Source: Octopus sinensis
Taxonomy: Eukaryota
NCBI RefSeq assembly: GCF_006345805.1
Contig: NW_021831286.1
Location: 186,001 to 250,000 of the forward strand
Length of the DNA stretch: 64,000 nucleotides
Direction: 5' to 3'
Shown here: positions 1 through 12,286 of the stretch, piece by piece
Position numbering within the stretch: the stretch's first letter is position 1
Layout: each line of letters starts with the position of its first letter
Notes under the pieces: generated by a model
What the model was told of the DNA's origin: nothing
What the model saw: only the letters and a program-made list of their open reading frames with translations
Databases searched by the model: none
Program-made: the position numbers and the translations under genes

Positions 1-520
1 GAAACGAATGTAAATGCGGGTCCGTACGTAGTTAATGGCTACAACTACTGTCACATACCTTGGAAAACGGGGTCAATATGTGGCACGGGAACTAGCCTCT
101 TTCACAAGCCGTACTTCGCTTTGCAAAGTTCAGGTTTATGTTCTTGTAGCCTATGTGAATTTCTTTAAGTGAGGATTCGCATTGGTAACTTTACATTTTA
201 TTTAGGGGCGATGTATTTGAAGAACTTGTTCCTGACACGTACGGGAGTTCCTTGGAAAGCATCCGAAGGCGATGGTTGTTGGGGATCTGAATGCCAAGCA
301 CATAGAGCTTGATGTCAGGGTAACCAACGCGCATGGGTTGGCTCTGAAGACGATCTTCAAGTGAGCCAAACCACATCGACTTGCGAGGAGGACAAGACTT
401 GCTAGGGCTTGCCCTGGTCAGTCCTGAAATGCTAAATTGGGTTAGTAAAACAATTTTATTGCCCGATATCGGAAGCGACCATCTGCCTTTATTGTACGAA
501 CTCCGCGAGCCAGTTACTTA
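1..520 (+). pseudogene. Degenerate AP-endonuclease domain of a LINE (Jockey/I-like), continuing off the window start
   Basis: + strand frames give VGDLNAKH (~275-300) and LALVS...PDIGSDHLPLL (~410-500), which are APE motifs; interrupted by stops and a frameshift. Confidence 0.75.
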
Positions 521-559
521 AAGGGTTCCGGGATACTTTGAATTCCGGTCGGGTTCTTA

Positions 560-1800
560 GGGCAACCTGGAAAAATTCATGGCTAGCAGGTTGCCCTCAA
601 GCTAGGATTCAACAAATGAATAAGATTCCAGTTCGAAGCCTATTCTTTTGGTTGGATACAATTTTGAGTTATAGATCGCAGAAAAACTTAATTTCTGTGA
701 AAAATATCTTCCCAGTAGTGTTTCCAGGCTATTTTTTTCATCTCCATTTTTCCTCTATATGAGTGGTTTTCTTTCAATTTGTCGATATTAACGTTCAATG
801 ACCATTTGCTGAAAATTTGTTTGGTTTCATGTATGATTAAGTTTGTTTTTTAATTCTCTCAAAACAGATTTCATTGAGGGCTTTTAGTACTAGTAATAAA
901 TTTTCGAGATTGTGTCATTCCAAGTTTTACAAGGAGAGAAGTATTTAATAGAAGTAGCCGAATTATTTCTACACTGTCTTCATCAACAATATTCATAAGC
1001 AAGTTGAGTACTTTATTCCGATCAATGCAATCGAACGCTTTCCTGAGGTAAATTTTGAGGATATAGATCACAACTTTATATTTCTGACATTCCACAACAA
1101 ACTAACAATGTCTCCATACTGCATCGACAATGAATCATCTGGGTACAAAACCACTTTTCCTCAAAGACAGATATTCCTTGACTTATTTGGATATTCTGTA
1201 AGTGCAATGGTCAAAAATATTTTTTCGTAGTATTCAGCAAAACCCTCATCTTCGGGTTTCTTAGGTCACTTTTTTGTTTTTTTATCTTTTGGATAGGTGA
1301 TTAATTATCTTTTGTTCAGTGAAAGCAAACAATGATGCCAAAAACAGCTGTTAAAAATTTTAGTTATTATCAACGAAAGTAAGTCAGGTAAATATTTTAG
1401 AAGTTCGGCTGGGACTTCTTCATATCCAGGTGCACGGTTGTTGTTAGGTTAGGGATTGGAAAATACTTTTGAAGAAGAGCTAATTTTTTACATTTTTAAA
1501 AATTTTTACAAATTAAAAAGTCATCTTTTATCATTTTCCAATTCAAGAATTCAATGATAATTAGTTGACCCAATATTCAATTTTTTTCATTAAAAAAATC
1601 CGGAAGAGAACTCCAAGTTTCGAAAATCAAATTTTCGGGTTTCTTTAATATAACATCACTAACACTCTTAATTCGTCGAATAATTTTTTCTTTCCAAGTT
1701 TTTGAAGTTCTTCTAAAGGCGAATAAACATTGATGTCCATAATTCCTTACATGTCAAGTCTGATAAGTGCATTTCGAGCTCTGCTGCGTTAATTTAAGTA
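560..1800 (-). mobile_element. Degenerate RTE-like LINE reverse transcriptase remnant
   Basis: RAPGYEEVPAELLKY (~1440-1400); YLRKAFDCIDRNKVLNLLMNIVDEDSVEIIRLLL (ORF 871-1095); same family as 33140-35923 and 48330-49715; multiple stops. Confidence 0.8.
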
Positions 1801-2355
1801 GCGATAAATTTTAAGTGCTCACTTTAGCACATAGAGCAGTGTTTCTGTACGCGATATTCAGGATCAAAAATCACAGTAACTCTAAATATTATGATTTTTT
1901 ATTTTTTTAATTTTTATTACATTTTTTGTTTCATGTGGTCTCCAGTCAAATTCCACAGCCTAAAGTGGTCCCCGGTCTAAAAAGGTTAAGAAACAATAAT
2001 ACAGAACGAACGATAGAGTTGCCTTTTTTCATTAAATCATGAAGTTTCCTCATGTTAATATATTGTTGAATAAATTTAACAAAAGAACATGTTTTAAAAT
2101 AATTTTTATTTATAGTTTGATTATTTTCTTCCAAATATTGAAGAAATTTACCTAAAAGTTTTTGCCCAAAAAGCCTCGAAATACAAACACATAAAAAACA
2201 AACAGAGACACAAAAATATGACAGGGAAAATGTTTTTGCAATGTCTTTGCTATTGAAATTGAATTAGCCAAACTCATGTTAATATATTGTTGAATAAATA
2301 CATTCGAAATAACTTTAAAGTTCTGTCGGCTACTATTTTTGCAGGTAAAGATATA

Positions 2356-3210
2356 CAGTCTGTACCAAAACATTATAATATTGGCAAATTTATCAATAAA
2401 TCATTTGTATCTCTACTTATATCAATTTTTAAGTGTTAATTTTTAGCATGTAATTTCTAAATTGACTTATCTAACTATTCTTAAATAAATTAATTCTTAA
2501 AAATATATTACATGCTAAAAATATATTGTCATGTACCAAAACATTATAATAATTTTTGTCATGTAACAAAGGATTATAATATTTTCTAGTATTTGATGTT
2601 TTTCCCTCGAGATTTTAGTACAGCATCTACTCTTTTTGGCATTGATTCAATTAAAATTTTTATTTCTTCAATTTTAATTTCATTCCATATGATTTTCAGT
2701 TCATTTTTTAGATCCTCTATCGTTTTTATTCCAAGAGCCATAACTTTTTGTTTCATTATTCCCCAAAGATTTTCGAATGGATTAAGATCAGGCGAATTAG
2801 GAGGCCATTTCATAAGATTAATTTTTTGGTTTTGAATCCACTCAATCGTATCTTTTGCAGTGTGTGCAGGAGCATTGTCCTGTTGAAAAATGTAATTACA
2901 TCCATCATACAACTTTTGACCAGTTGAAATTAAATTTTTTTCTAATATTTCTCTGTATACTAATCCATTTACAGTTGAATCAATAATTGAAAGCGGGCTT
3001 AACCCATTAAAACTCATCGCTGCCCACACCATAGCTCCTTTTCTGTAATGAAGCTTTTGATTTATGCATGAAGGATGAATTGTTTCATTTCTTTTACGCC
3101 AAACATACGCACCTTTTTCACCAATTGACAGCAGAAACTTAGATTCGTCAGAAAAAATAACTTTGGACCACTGTTCTATAGTCCAGTTTATTCTCCCTTT
3201 AGTTGCAATC
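2356..3210 (-). mobile_element. Tc1/mariner element, 5'-truncated (DDE domain plus one IR/DR-type end)
   Basis: WSKVIFSDESKF, FQQDNAPAHTAK, WPPNSPDLNPFENLW; terminus TA|CAGTCTGTACCAAAACATTATAATA at 2356, with inner direct repeats at ~2531 and ~2561. Confidence 0.9.
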
Positions 3211-3525
3211 ATTATTAATTTGTTTGCAATCATTATTATTGTAATTGGAATGATCTTTGGGAAAAAAATCAGACTTCGTCGAAATATGATGCGTTATTGT
3301 ATTTAAAAATATTTATATTTTTAGCAAAAAGTTTCTGGTCAACTAAATCACTATAAATACTAATTCACGAATTTAAGTATTTCAAATAACATGTTTTCTG
3401 TCTTATTTATTAAATTTTTTCGCTGCAGTTAAGTTTAATAACAATTAATATATTAATGCCGATTCCGGCTAAAATACATGCCAGCTTGTGACGCGGATTA
3501 AAATTTTCGGAAAACATTTATTTTT
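3211..3525 (+). repeat. ~310-bp near-identical direct duplicate of 5146-5460
   Basis: Visual alignment from attattaatttgtttgcaatc to aaaacatttattt shows only a few substitutions. Confidence 0.92.
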
Positions 3526-4332
3526 ATGTAGAAAAAAACCATTAAAGAAAACGTGATATCCAAATATTATTCCAGTTGAAGTAAGTTAATCTAGCTTTAA
3601 TCTAAATGAATAATTTTCAAAAATTAATTTTAAAATCCTTTGAAAGACATTTTTAATCAAAAAATGAAAAGCGACAAACTGTGATAACTCTCTGTGAGGT
3701 CTATAGTTTTAGAAAAATTGGCTTTATATATTCATTATCTTATTCATGATTTCTGTTTGATTTGAAAAATTGTGAAATAATTCTTCACATTCTTTACAGG
3801 TTTTAATAAAACATGACTTGATATATGATAACATGACCTTTGAGCAAGCTCAAGATGCTTACAGATCAGGATAAAAAGCTTCTTGTAGTTATTTTAAACA
3901 ATGGAAGCAAAGTGGAGAGTTGTTCAGATAATAATCTAATGAGTCCTTATAATTTTTTAAATAAATGCAAATGCAGTGCAGAATTCCAAGAGGATATTAC
4001 CAAAAAAGTTTTTCACTTCTTTATCATGAACACTAAGGCTTGCTTCGAAGTTTCTTTTTTAACGTATTTAAATCTTGGCAATGAATATAATGATGGAGTG
4101 CTGTAATTCAGTGCATACAGATTAAAGAGCGGAAAAGAAATCATCAAGTTTGTCAGGAGCATGAACGTTTATTACGCAAAGTGTATTACGGTTACTCAAC
4201 TTCAATTGAAGCACAAAAAATACGGTCATTGACAGTCCAAACTTTGTGTAAGTTGTTGACCGGAAATGAATTAAAAACGAACTCTAACCGTAATTTTTTA
4301 ATCTATATTTTCGACATAAATTATTAACTTTA

Positions 4333-5291
4333 ATGCTACGAAGTATGTTGTTCATTATAAGTTTCTTTGGTTTAATTTCTGGTATTTTTTACTTAAATTA
4401 TATATGAGGTGATCTTTTTATGAATATTGACTTTGGAAATGTCCCGGTATAAAAGTAATGAAGTTAATATACTTAGAAAAATCAAATTGAGACCATTGAA
4501 AATGTAAATTAATTAGATTATATATTAAGGCCCTTCTACCTTTACTGAAGATTAATGAGGTCGAAGCAAATTCATCAATTGAGCACTTAACGATCAGAAT
4601 AGTGTATATATTGTAATTAAAATATTTAGTAATTCTTCAAATCTAACAGTAAATATAACTAATTTAAATATTCAAGAAACAAATGAAAAAGTTAAGTTGT
4701 TTAATGTGAAATAGTCGTAGGTATATTTTGGAAAAATCATCTATCAATTATTGCTTTTCATAGGGCTTTCGGATAACCAGAATTTCTGGAATGTGATGAA
4801 TAATAGTGAATCGTTGATAATTTTGTTTTATATTTTAGTAATCGAATATTATCATTAGAACAAATTTTATATCTCCATAATTTACGAATCAGTAAAACTG
4901 TGGATAGTAAAATTCCATGGATCCCCAATTTAAATACACCTGTTAAAAAAGTAATTAATAAAAATGTAAAAACAGACTTTGACAACTGGCTACAGTACTA
5001 TTGCAATCACAACAAAAAAAATAAAGAATTCTACGTTAGGCAAAAATCCATCTAAGTTTAAAAAACAATTTTCAAAAGGTAAATATTATAGAAAAAATTC
5101 GATATAATTAAAGGAACAATGTTCATCATTTTGTATATTATCCCAATTATTAATTTGTTTGCAATCATTATTATTGTAATTGGAATGATCTTTGGGAAAA
5201 AAATCAGACTTCGTCGAAATATGATGCGTTATTGTATTTAAAAATATTTATATTTTTAGCAAAAAGTTTCTGGTCAACTAAATCACTATAA
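4333..5291 (+). CDS. Orphan multi-exon protein with predicted signal peptide and C-terminal TM helix
   Basis: Splicing ~25-30 nt GT-AG introns gives MLRSMLFIISFFGLISGDLFMNIDFGNVPKNQIETIENALLPLLKINEV...; hydrophobic FIILYIIPIINLFAIIIIVIGMIF followed by basic GKKIRLRR; one internal exon junction near 5035-5090 is uncertain. Confidence 0.55.
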
Positions 5292-5714
5292 ATACTAATT
5301 CACGAATTTAAGTATTTCAAATAACATGTTTTCAGTCTTATTTATTAAATTTTTTCGCTGCAGTTAAGTTTAATAACAATTAATATATTAATGGCGATTC
5401 CGGCTAAAATACATGCCAGCTTGTGACGCGGATTAAAATTTTCGAAAAACATTTATTTAGAAAAATTGGCTTTAAAAAGAAATTTTCTAGATTTTTTTAA
5501 TTGTGTTCGTGTTGATTAAAAGTTTAAACAGAAATGTTTTAATTTTGTGGTGGAAATCAAGTTTTAGATGCTTTTAACAGAATGTTGAATAAAATTCAGG
5601 GTGATCACTGTCCAGTTTTATCTTTTCAGGCAACTTTCGAACACCTGGCTTCTGTTTTCAATAAATACCGACTTGGTTGCTTACGTTCAGGTGTTGCTTA
5701 CGTTCAGGTCGCTG

Positions 5715-6010
5715 TCAAAGCAGCGGTGTTTGGTTAAAGGCTCTCCATTTCATTGGGAATCTGGTAGACAATGATTGCCTTAGGATCGCAATCCCCCCGT
5801 GTCGGGCTGTCAAGCGCACAAATGCCGCTGTGGGGAAACTGTTGACGAGTACAGTATGCACCCTCTTGCCTAGGTGTCTGAGTGCCGGTCGTGCCCCTAG
5901 CCACAGTGAACCCAACGCAACCATACAGAAAGTGTCCCGTCAATCCTCGAGCCGGTTGGGTTGGACAGAAGAGACCACCTTCCCTTATGAGCAGGGGAAA
6001 GCCCAACAAG
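5715..6010 (+). mobile_element. Degenerate CRE-like retroelement 3' remnant
   Basis: GIAIPPC...CLSAGRAPSH and ILEPVGLDR, paralogous to the 6514-7101 and 11436-11700 frames. Confidence 0.75.
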
Positions 6011-6264
6011 TGACTTTGATACCTGTCATACACCCGTCATCTTCATTTTTTTTGTAAATTTAGATTATTCGTGAAGTTATTCGTATTTATCATTTATTTC
6101 ATAAAAGATGTAAATAATTTTTTGCTGACATATCAAGTCACTTAGATGAAATATTATCCACGTTAACATAACTTTGTCTCAAGTTTGTCATGTCGGGACA
6201 ACGTTTGTTCTTAAAGATCAAGATGAATATAATCTATATTCAAAATGTCGAAAAATGTCAGTTG

Positions 6265-7150
6265 ATCACGTGGCCGCTTTGGACCTGTGGGATTCATTGT
6301 ACAACAAAAGACCCAGTGACCCGTGTATCCAAGCTCAATGGGATGCCATTTCTTGTGAAGCTCTTGACGTACATCTACGCAAAAATTTCGATCAGCACAG
6401 ACTTGCATGTCTCGCGCAGGCTGCTGCACAGGGAGTGGGGCCTGGCTGGATGCTCTCCCTGTCCCTTCCACCGGTAACTTACTAGACAAGATTGCCTACG
6501 AATTGGTTTATCATTGCGTCTTGGATTGGAAATCTGCGAAATACACAAATGTCGTTGTGGTGCTGTCATTGACCGTTTTGGTCTACATCCCCTTTCCTGT
6601 CGTCGCAGTGCAGGGCGCGCACCACGCCATGCAGCACTTAACGACGTTATTCAGAGGGGGCTCACGGCCGCTGGGATTCCATCAATCCTCGAACCCGTCG
6701 GGCTTGCGAGGGGAGACGGAAAAAGACCCGACGGCCTATCGACTTTCCCGTTTGAGTTCGGCAAGTCTCTGTTATGGGATGCGACGTGTTCAGACACTTT
6801 CTCGGAGCTCAACCTTCCTTCTTCAGCTGTCGAGCCTGGCTCAGTCTCTCGGAAAACCGAGAAGATGAAGATTGGAAAGTACAAGGAGCTCTCTGAACGG
6901 TATCTGTTCACTCCCATCGCCGTCGAGACTTCCGGCGTCATCGGCGAAAAGTCTCTTTCCTTTCTAAAAAAGCTTGGCCGCATGATCTCCCATAAACGGG
7001 GAGACCCACGCGAGTCCAAGTGGCTTTTCGAAAGGATTTCCTTGGCCATAGTACGTGGAAACTGTGTTTCCATTTACGAGGCCGGAAATTTAGTTAGTTA
7101 ATAACTATTTGTTAATTACATTTAACTTTTTGACCAAAAAAAAAAAAAAA
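6265..7150 (+). mobile_element. 5'-truncated CRE-like non-LTR retrotransposon (zinc knuckle plus restriction-like endonuclease) with poly(A) tail
   Basis: CRCG...H.LSCRRSAGRAPRHAALNDVI, GDGKRPDGL, PIAVETSG, LFERISLAIVRGN; A-run at ~7136-7150; one frameshift near 6410. Confidence 0.88.
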
Positions 7151-7929
7151 ATCTATATTCAATAATGAGGTCGATCTTTCCAAACATAAGAAGTATCAAC
7201 TCAAAAAGAAAGCGGAAAATTTCCTAATTAAAAAGGGGAAACTATATTTTTCAAATGTAAACGGCCTACACAAACTTACAATGCTTTGGAAGCCTTATGT
7301 AGCCAATATCTGCAACTTTTCAGTTAGGCCCCTTGAAAGATGTGGAATTCCTGGATTCAATAGTGTTTCAGGAAATACTGATGTAGAAGCAGCTAAACTT
7401 CAACAAACTCCCAAAACTAACAGTAAATGTTTTTAATTCAACTAAAGATAAATTCGAATTCAGCTTCCCAAAAGTCAACTTTGATTGAGTCAACTTTACT
7501 AATTTTGTACTTATCTACAATATCTCGTTCATTAAGATGCTTATTTTCACTTAATTCCTTGTCAATTTTTATCTTTAACCTTTATCAAACTACCCAAAAA
7601 ATAGAGGTTTCCCCAAAAATAGAGGTTCCCCAAGCCAGAGTTCTGTCCCAAATGGAGATTATAGAGTACATTCCAAACAACTCAAAAAGTTAGATAACAG
7701 TTAGAAATAATAATTATTCTTGATCTATCAATAAAATAAGTTAATTTGATATTGAGTGAATTTGATTGGTCGTGCGCTCGGTCCGCAACATATTACTTTT
7801 TATCATGCTTGATTAATATAGGTATTATTTGAATTATGTGTTCTTTCTGAGTGGTTATCCTGACTCTTCTGAAACTAAATACCTGAACTGCAGTGCCTAA
7901 ACTAGCACGAAACTTATTAAAAGAACAGC

Positions 7930-8045
7930 TATACATTTGAAGTTTGTAATTAACAAATTGATTTATGAAGATAACATTTGAAGTTTGTAATTGACAAATT
8001 GATTTATGAAGACAACATTTGAAGTTTGTAATTGACAAATTGATT
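7930..8045. repeat. 41-bp tandem repeat, ~2.8 copies
   Basis: acatttgaagtttgtaatt(a/g)acaaattgatttatgaaga(t/c)a repeated. Confidence 0.9.
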
Positions 8046-8395
8046 AAAGAAAAACCACTTGGTTGCCATGCATTGTCCCTCTTTAAATATAAAAATAAAC
8101 TCTCAAAAAAGAGCAAAAATAATTTCTTTAAAGAATGAAAAAAATCATGGTGATTTAAAAAGTTAGCTAAGCACAAAAAAAGAAAATTTCGACTAAATAA
8201 TCAAAAATTTGAGCTTTTTTTAAAAATTTGATAAAATCTTAACAACTAGCTACAGTCCCGTAAATGACTAAGATATTGCTTGCCCCAGCAACACAAAGAG
8301 AATTTTTTCAAAGAGAACAGGGAAGTTAATTATTCTAATTATTTCATTTAATTAATGTGTTATTAAATAGATATTTTTGAATTCTTGCATTGTTG

Positions 8396-8911
8396 ATGTC
8401 TGAAGATTCGTCTGTTCGTAGGAGAGCTATTTTACAAAACAGAGAAGAAAGATTAAAATTTCTAACAAACTCAAAAATACCAAATCTCAAACATGACATA
8501 GAACAAAGAAAAGCGACATTAAACTCAAGGGACGAACCACCAATATTATCAAGTCGGAATTTTGATATAAATATCGAAAAAAAGACAAAAAATAGAAATT
8601 TTAAAATATTTGAAATTTTTTTCCCGATTTTGCACGCATTGATTGTTTTTTTGTTGAATATTCAAATTAAATTATTGAGTTCTCCTTTGCCTATATTTTT
8701 TCTAATAAAAATAATGACATTCCAATATTCCAATCACGTAAATATATTATTTTAATGTCTAGAACGACCTATTAGTGGGTGACAATATGAAATTGCCGCG
8801 TATGCTGATCTTTATGGGCTATGTCCAAAGGGTGTATTTATTATTCATTGATATAAGCAAGTATGTTTTTATTTTTGCAGTGAGTTTACATTCTTTCTAT
8901 TTTTTGACTAA
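8396..8911 (+). CDS. CAML/GET2-like ER insertase receptor subunit
   Basis: N-terminal SVRRRAILQNREERLKFL resembles the CAML/Get2 RRRKIL..SEERL motif; three hydrophobic segments follow; introns 8738-8762 (25 nt) and 8861-8880 (20 nt) restore the frame to TAA 8909-8911. Confidence 0.6.
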
Positions 8912-10016
8912 ATAAATTTGTTTTTTAATATATTTTGAATATTTATACCACTCTGATTTACCTAACATTTTGGATTATAAGATAAACAAATTTTCCTAAA
9001 ATCAGTTTTTGAAAATAATTAGTCGTCTGTTGGTCCTAAAACCCCATGCTGTTTTTCAAAGTTAAAGAACTTGCTTGACACTATACTCTAGTGATTTGAA
9101 ACTTTTTAACTATTTAAAGCAGTGAACTTAAATAGAATGACGCATGCCTACACCCAAAGTATGATTGTTTCATATTGGAACAGAATGGGAGAGGAACGTT
9201 GTACATTCGCACTGACTTGATTGAAGCTCCATTCTTACCCTCCATTATTTCTCCAACAAAGAGATGGGTACACCTGTCTGATGAAGTGCATAAAATATCG
9301 AATATAGGGACAAAGTCTCTGAAAAAAGAAAAGAATTCTCAGATGAGAAAAATTTATTCGAGTAGTTCGTATACTCGAATCTATTTTAGTAACATCAAAT
9401 TCATACCCAGCTAAAGCCATCATTCATCGCCGAAAATCTTTAGAGGTCAATTAAATCCGCAATGTATCTATCTTAACATCTCCTTGCAATGATTGGCGTA
9501 ATTGGAGGCTTTGTAGACAATAATTTTTTCGACTAAAAATATTTACTGAAAGGAGTTTTGAATAAAGCACAAAGCGAAATCACCTTAGAGATTTCTTCTC
9601 TCTTCAATCCATAATTGAGATTTCTTAATTTCAAAGTGGTTATGCTCCGCCTAACTTTTATTTATTAAGTTGCACCTCAACGCACTTTAATTCGATTTCA
9701 TCTTCACAGAAAAAACGCAATTTAAGCCCATTCTTTTGAAAATATGTTTTTTCATTTTTAAAATGGAAATTCCTTCCCAATTTTTCTCATGCCGCTCGAT
9801 TGACGATGTATCAAAGTTGGGGTCCTTCATTTCTTTGATTTTTTTTAGTGGTTCCTTATATAGTCTCACTACACGCTTATTTGTGACAATGCTCTTCAGT
9901 GTCGGCTTATTGAAGATCAGCTCGGCAAGCATCCCAAACTGGAAATGTTTTTGCTGTTCTTCTACTCCGCTGTACATCGATGCCTTGACTCCTCCCAAAA
10001 TATCTAAAGACCGGTC

Positions 10017-12060
10017 TTGATCCAATGCTCGTTAATTTTTCTTGTACTTTTGTCTCGTTTCCGGAAATCGAAGTCTATCCCGACACGCATTCCTAAATCG
10101 GACAGGATTCAAGTGGCTAATTCCTTAGCTCTAGTTGTGGAGCGGGCTCTGGCCTCGAATTCTTGGTGCAAGTTTCTTTCATTTGTCCCCGTCTGTCTGG
10201 GCAGCCCTTCAAACGGCCCTCTTTGTGGTGACCGCTTGTCCGTCTCGCAGCAAATTAAAACAGACTGCGAGTTTTTCAAAAATTCAGAATTCGATATCAG
10301 CTATTTTTCCAAATTCAACTGGGCGTTGGCGTGAAAGGAGCTTGCGAAGCAGCCGCCCATGGCATACAGTAGCTGACTTTTGCAAAATGTAATGAAATCA
10401 TATTCCTCCTTAAAATTGATGTCAAAAACGCGTTCAACTCGACTGTCCGAAGTCTTTTCCCTGCCTTATATCCGATCGTCCATTTGTCTTATGCCTCCCC
10501 CAGCTGTCTCTTGTTTGCCGATAATGTTATTATGTCTGAAACTGGTATTCAACAAGGCGACCCCCTTGGGCCCCTTTTATTCTCATTCGGTGTTGATCGC
10601 CAATTGTTTTCTGAGCTCAACATTTGGTACCTCAATGATGTTACTCTTGGTGGGGCTTTGGAGATCGTCAAGAATGATGCAGAAAAAGTTATTTCTGGTT
10701 TTGTGTCTATTGGGCTCGCTTTTAATAGATCCAAATCTAAGCTGATATGTTTGTCAGCAAGCCCTTCAGAATTCAAACATATTTTTTCCATCTTATCTCA
10801 CCATATTGAAGATCTGTGCATCACCCAGCTTGATGACCTTGTCATCCTGGGTTTTCCAATCAACAGCAGGGCTACTAAGAAAGCTTTGAGTAACAGGCAC
10901 GAAGAATTGGAAACCCTAATCTCCCGTATTTACAAACTTGAATCCCATTTGGGCATTTTCTTGTTCAAGAACTATCTCTTTATAGCGAAGTTAACTTATC
11001 TCATGCGCTCATCGCCCTGCTTTCTCAAACAAAATCACTTATCTCGTCTCGACAACGTGGTCTCGAAAGCGTTTGAGCTACTTGTAAATATCAAATTCAA
11101 ACCTTCAGACATGCGACGGGTTAATCTACCTATTCGTTACGGGGGCATCGGCATTTGTTCTTGTGGAGATTTATCCCTCCCATGTTACCTTTCCTCGTTG
11201 TCTGCTCCCGCTAGTTTCGTCAACTCTGTTCTTTTCTCTTTATCTGAACAACCCGAGTTGTTGGAATACGCGGCAGGTGTCAACATGTGGATTTCTCGTG
11301 GGTTTAAAATTCCGGACGTCCCCTCAGTTCAAAAGAACTGGGATGAAATAAATTGTACTCGAAGATATCCGCCTACGTGCTAAACAGTTTCAGTTAGCAA
11401 GCATTAATTGTGCCTGTCAACCCCACCCGCCCGATTTGCTTGACGCTTTGCCGATTTCCTCTGCTGGAATGTTCCTGGACAACGAATCCGTCCGCATTGG
11501 TTTGTGTCTACGCCTTGGGATCGAGATTTGTCAGGCTTATCAGTGCAGATGCGGAAAAGTCATTGACAGGAGAGGGGTACACCCATTCCCTTGTCGCCTC
11601 AGTGCCGGCCGAATACCCAGCCGCCTTGAATAATATTGTTTCGGTCCTGTAGCGGGTTGGGTTAGACCGTGGTGACGGAAAAGGTCCCGATGGGTCCACG
11701 CTATTCCCGTTCAAGGGGAGACTCGCTCTCGTTTGGGACGTCACCTGTGTCGACTCGTTTTCCTCGTCATCTCTTATTAACTCTGCTTCCCGTTCTGGCT
11801 CAGCCGCCGCGCATGCCGAAACGAAAAAAACCCAAAATACGCCTCATTGGAGAACACCTGCCTTTTCGTCTCCCCGACTTTCGAGACGAAAGCTCTGGAG
11901 TTCCTTTCGGGGATTGGTTTGATGATCTCAAGGAAGAGTCATGAGAAACGTAAGTCTAGCTGGCTTTTTCAGCGCATTTCGCTCGCGATATTGCGCTGAA
12001 ACTGCCTGTCTATTCGCTCGTCCTCTCAATCAAAGAATTAATGTGGATGAATTAGAATTT
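10017..12060 (+). mobile_element. CRE-like non-LTR retrotransposon, internally deleted and frameshifted
   Basis: RT motifs TGIQQGDPLGPLLF and WYLNDVTLGG (DD mutated), LP+RYGGIG, CRCG..H..CRLSAGR, GDGKGPDG; the N-terminal part of the RT is missing. Confidence 0.88.
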
Positions 12061-12286
12061 AATTTTATAACAATAATTGTTTAAAAGGCACCAAAAAATT
12101 TCTAGTGATAAGTGTAGATTATTCGTACTGTTACATTTTGTGTATAAATCAAGCAATAATTTCATTTTTTAAACCTCAAAATTTATTTTCATTCAATCTT
12201 TTACCAATTGAGTATTGGAATGTTCCTGAATACGCCCCTACTCTCAATAACTGAATATAAGTATTGAAGCAAAGAATCAAATAAAA

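Noticed and set aside
1-1800. APE (+) next to RT (-) as a second inverted LINE
   Set aside because: The orientation is convergent and the pieces look like different clades (Jockey/I-like versus RTE-like); no TSD found
2049-2300. 28-bp direct repeat (2049-2076 / 2274-2300)
   Set aside because: AT-rich, only two copies and no coding or TSD context; probably local duplication debris
3840-4290. In-frame TAA between two open stretches as a sign of an alternative genetic code
   Set aside because: All recognisable genes end in TAA or TGA and read normally with the standard code; more likely a pseudogene or an unresolved intron
9270-9310. CTGATGA hammerhead core (also at ~37710 and ~57385)
   Set aside because: No properly placed GAAA or flanking stems; two of the sites lie inside coding exons
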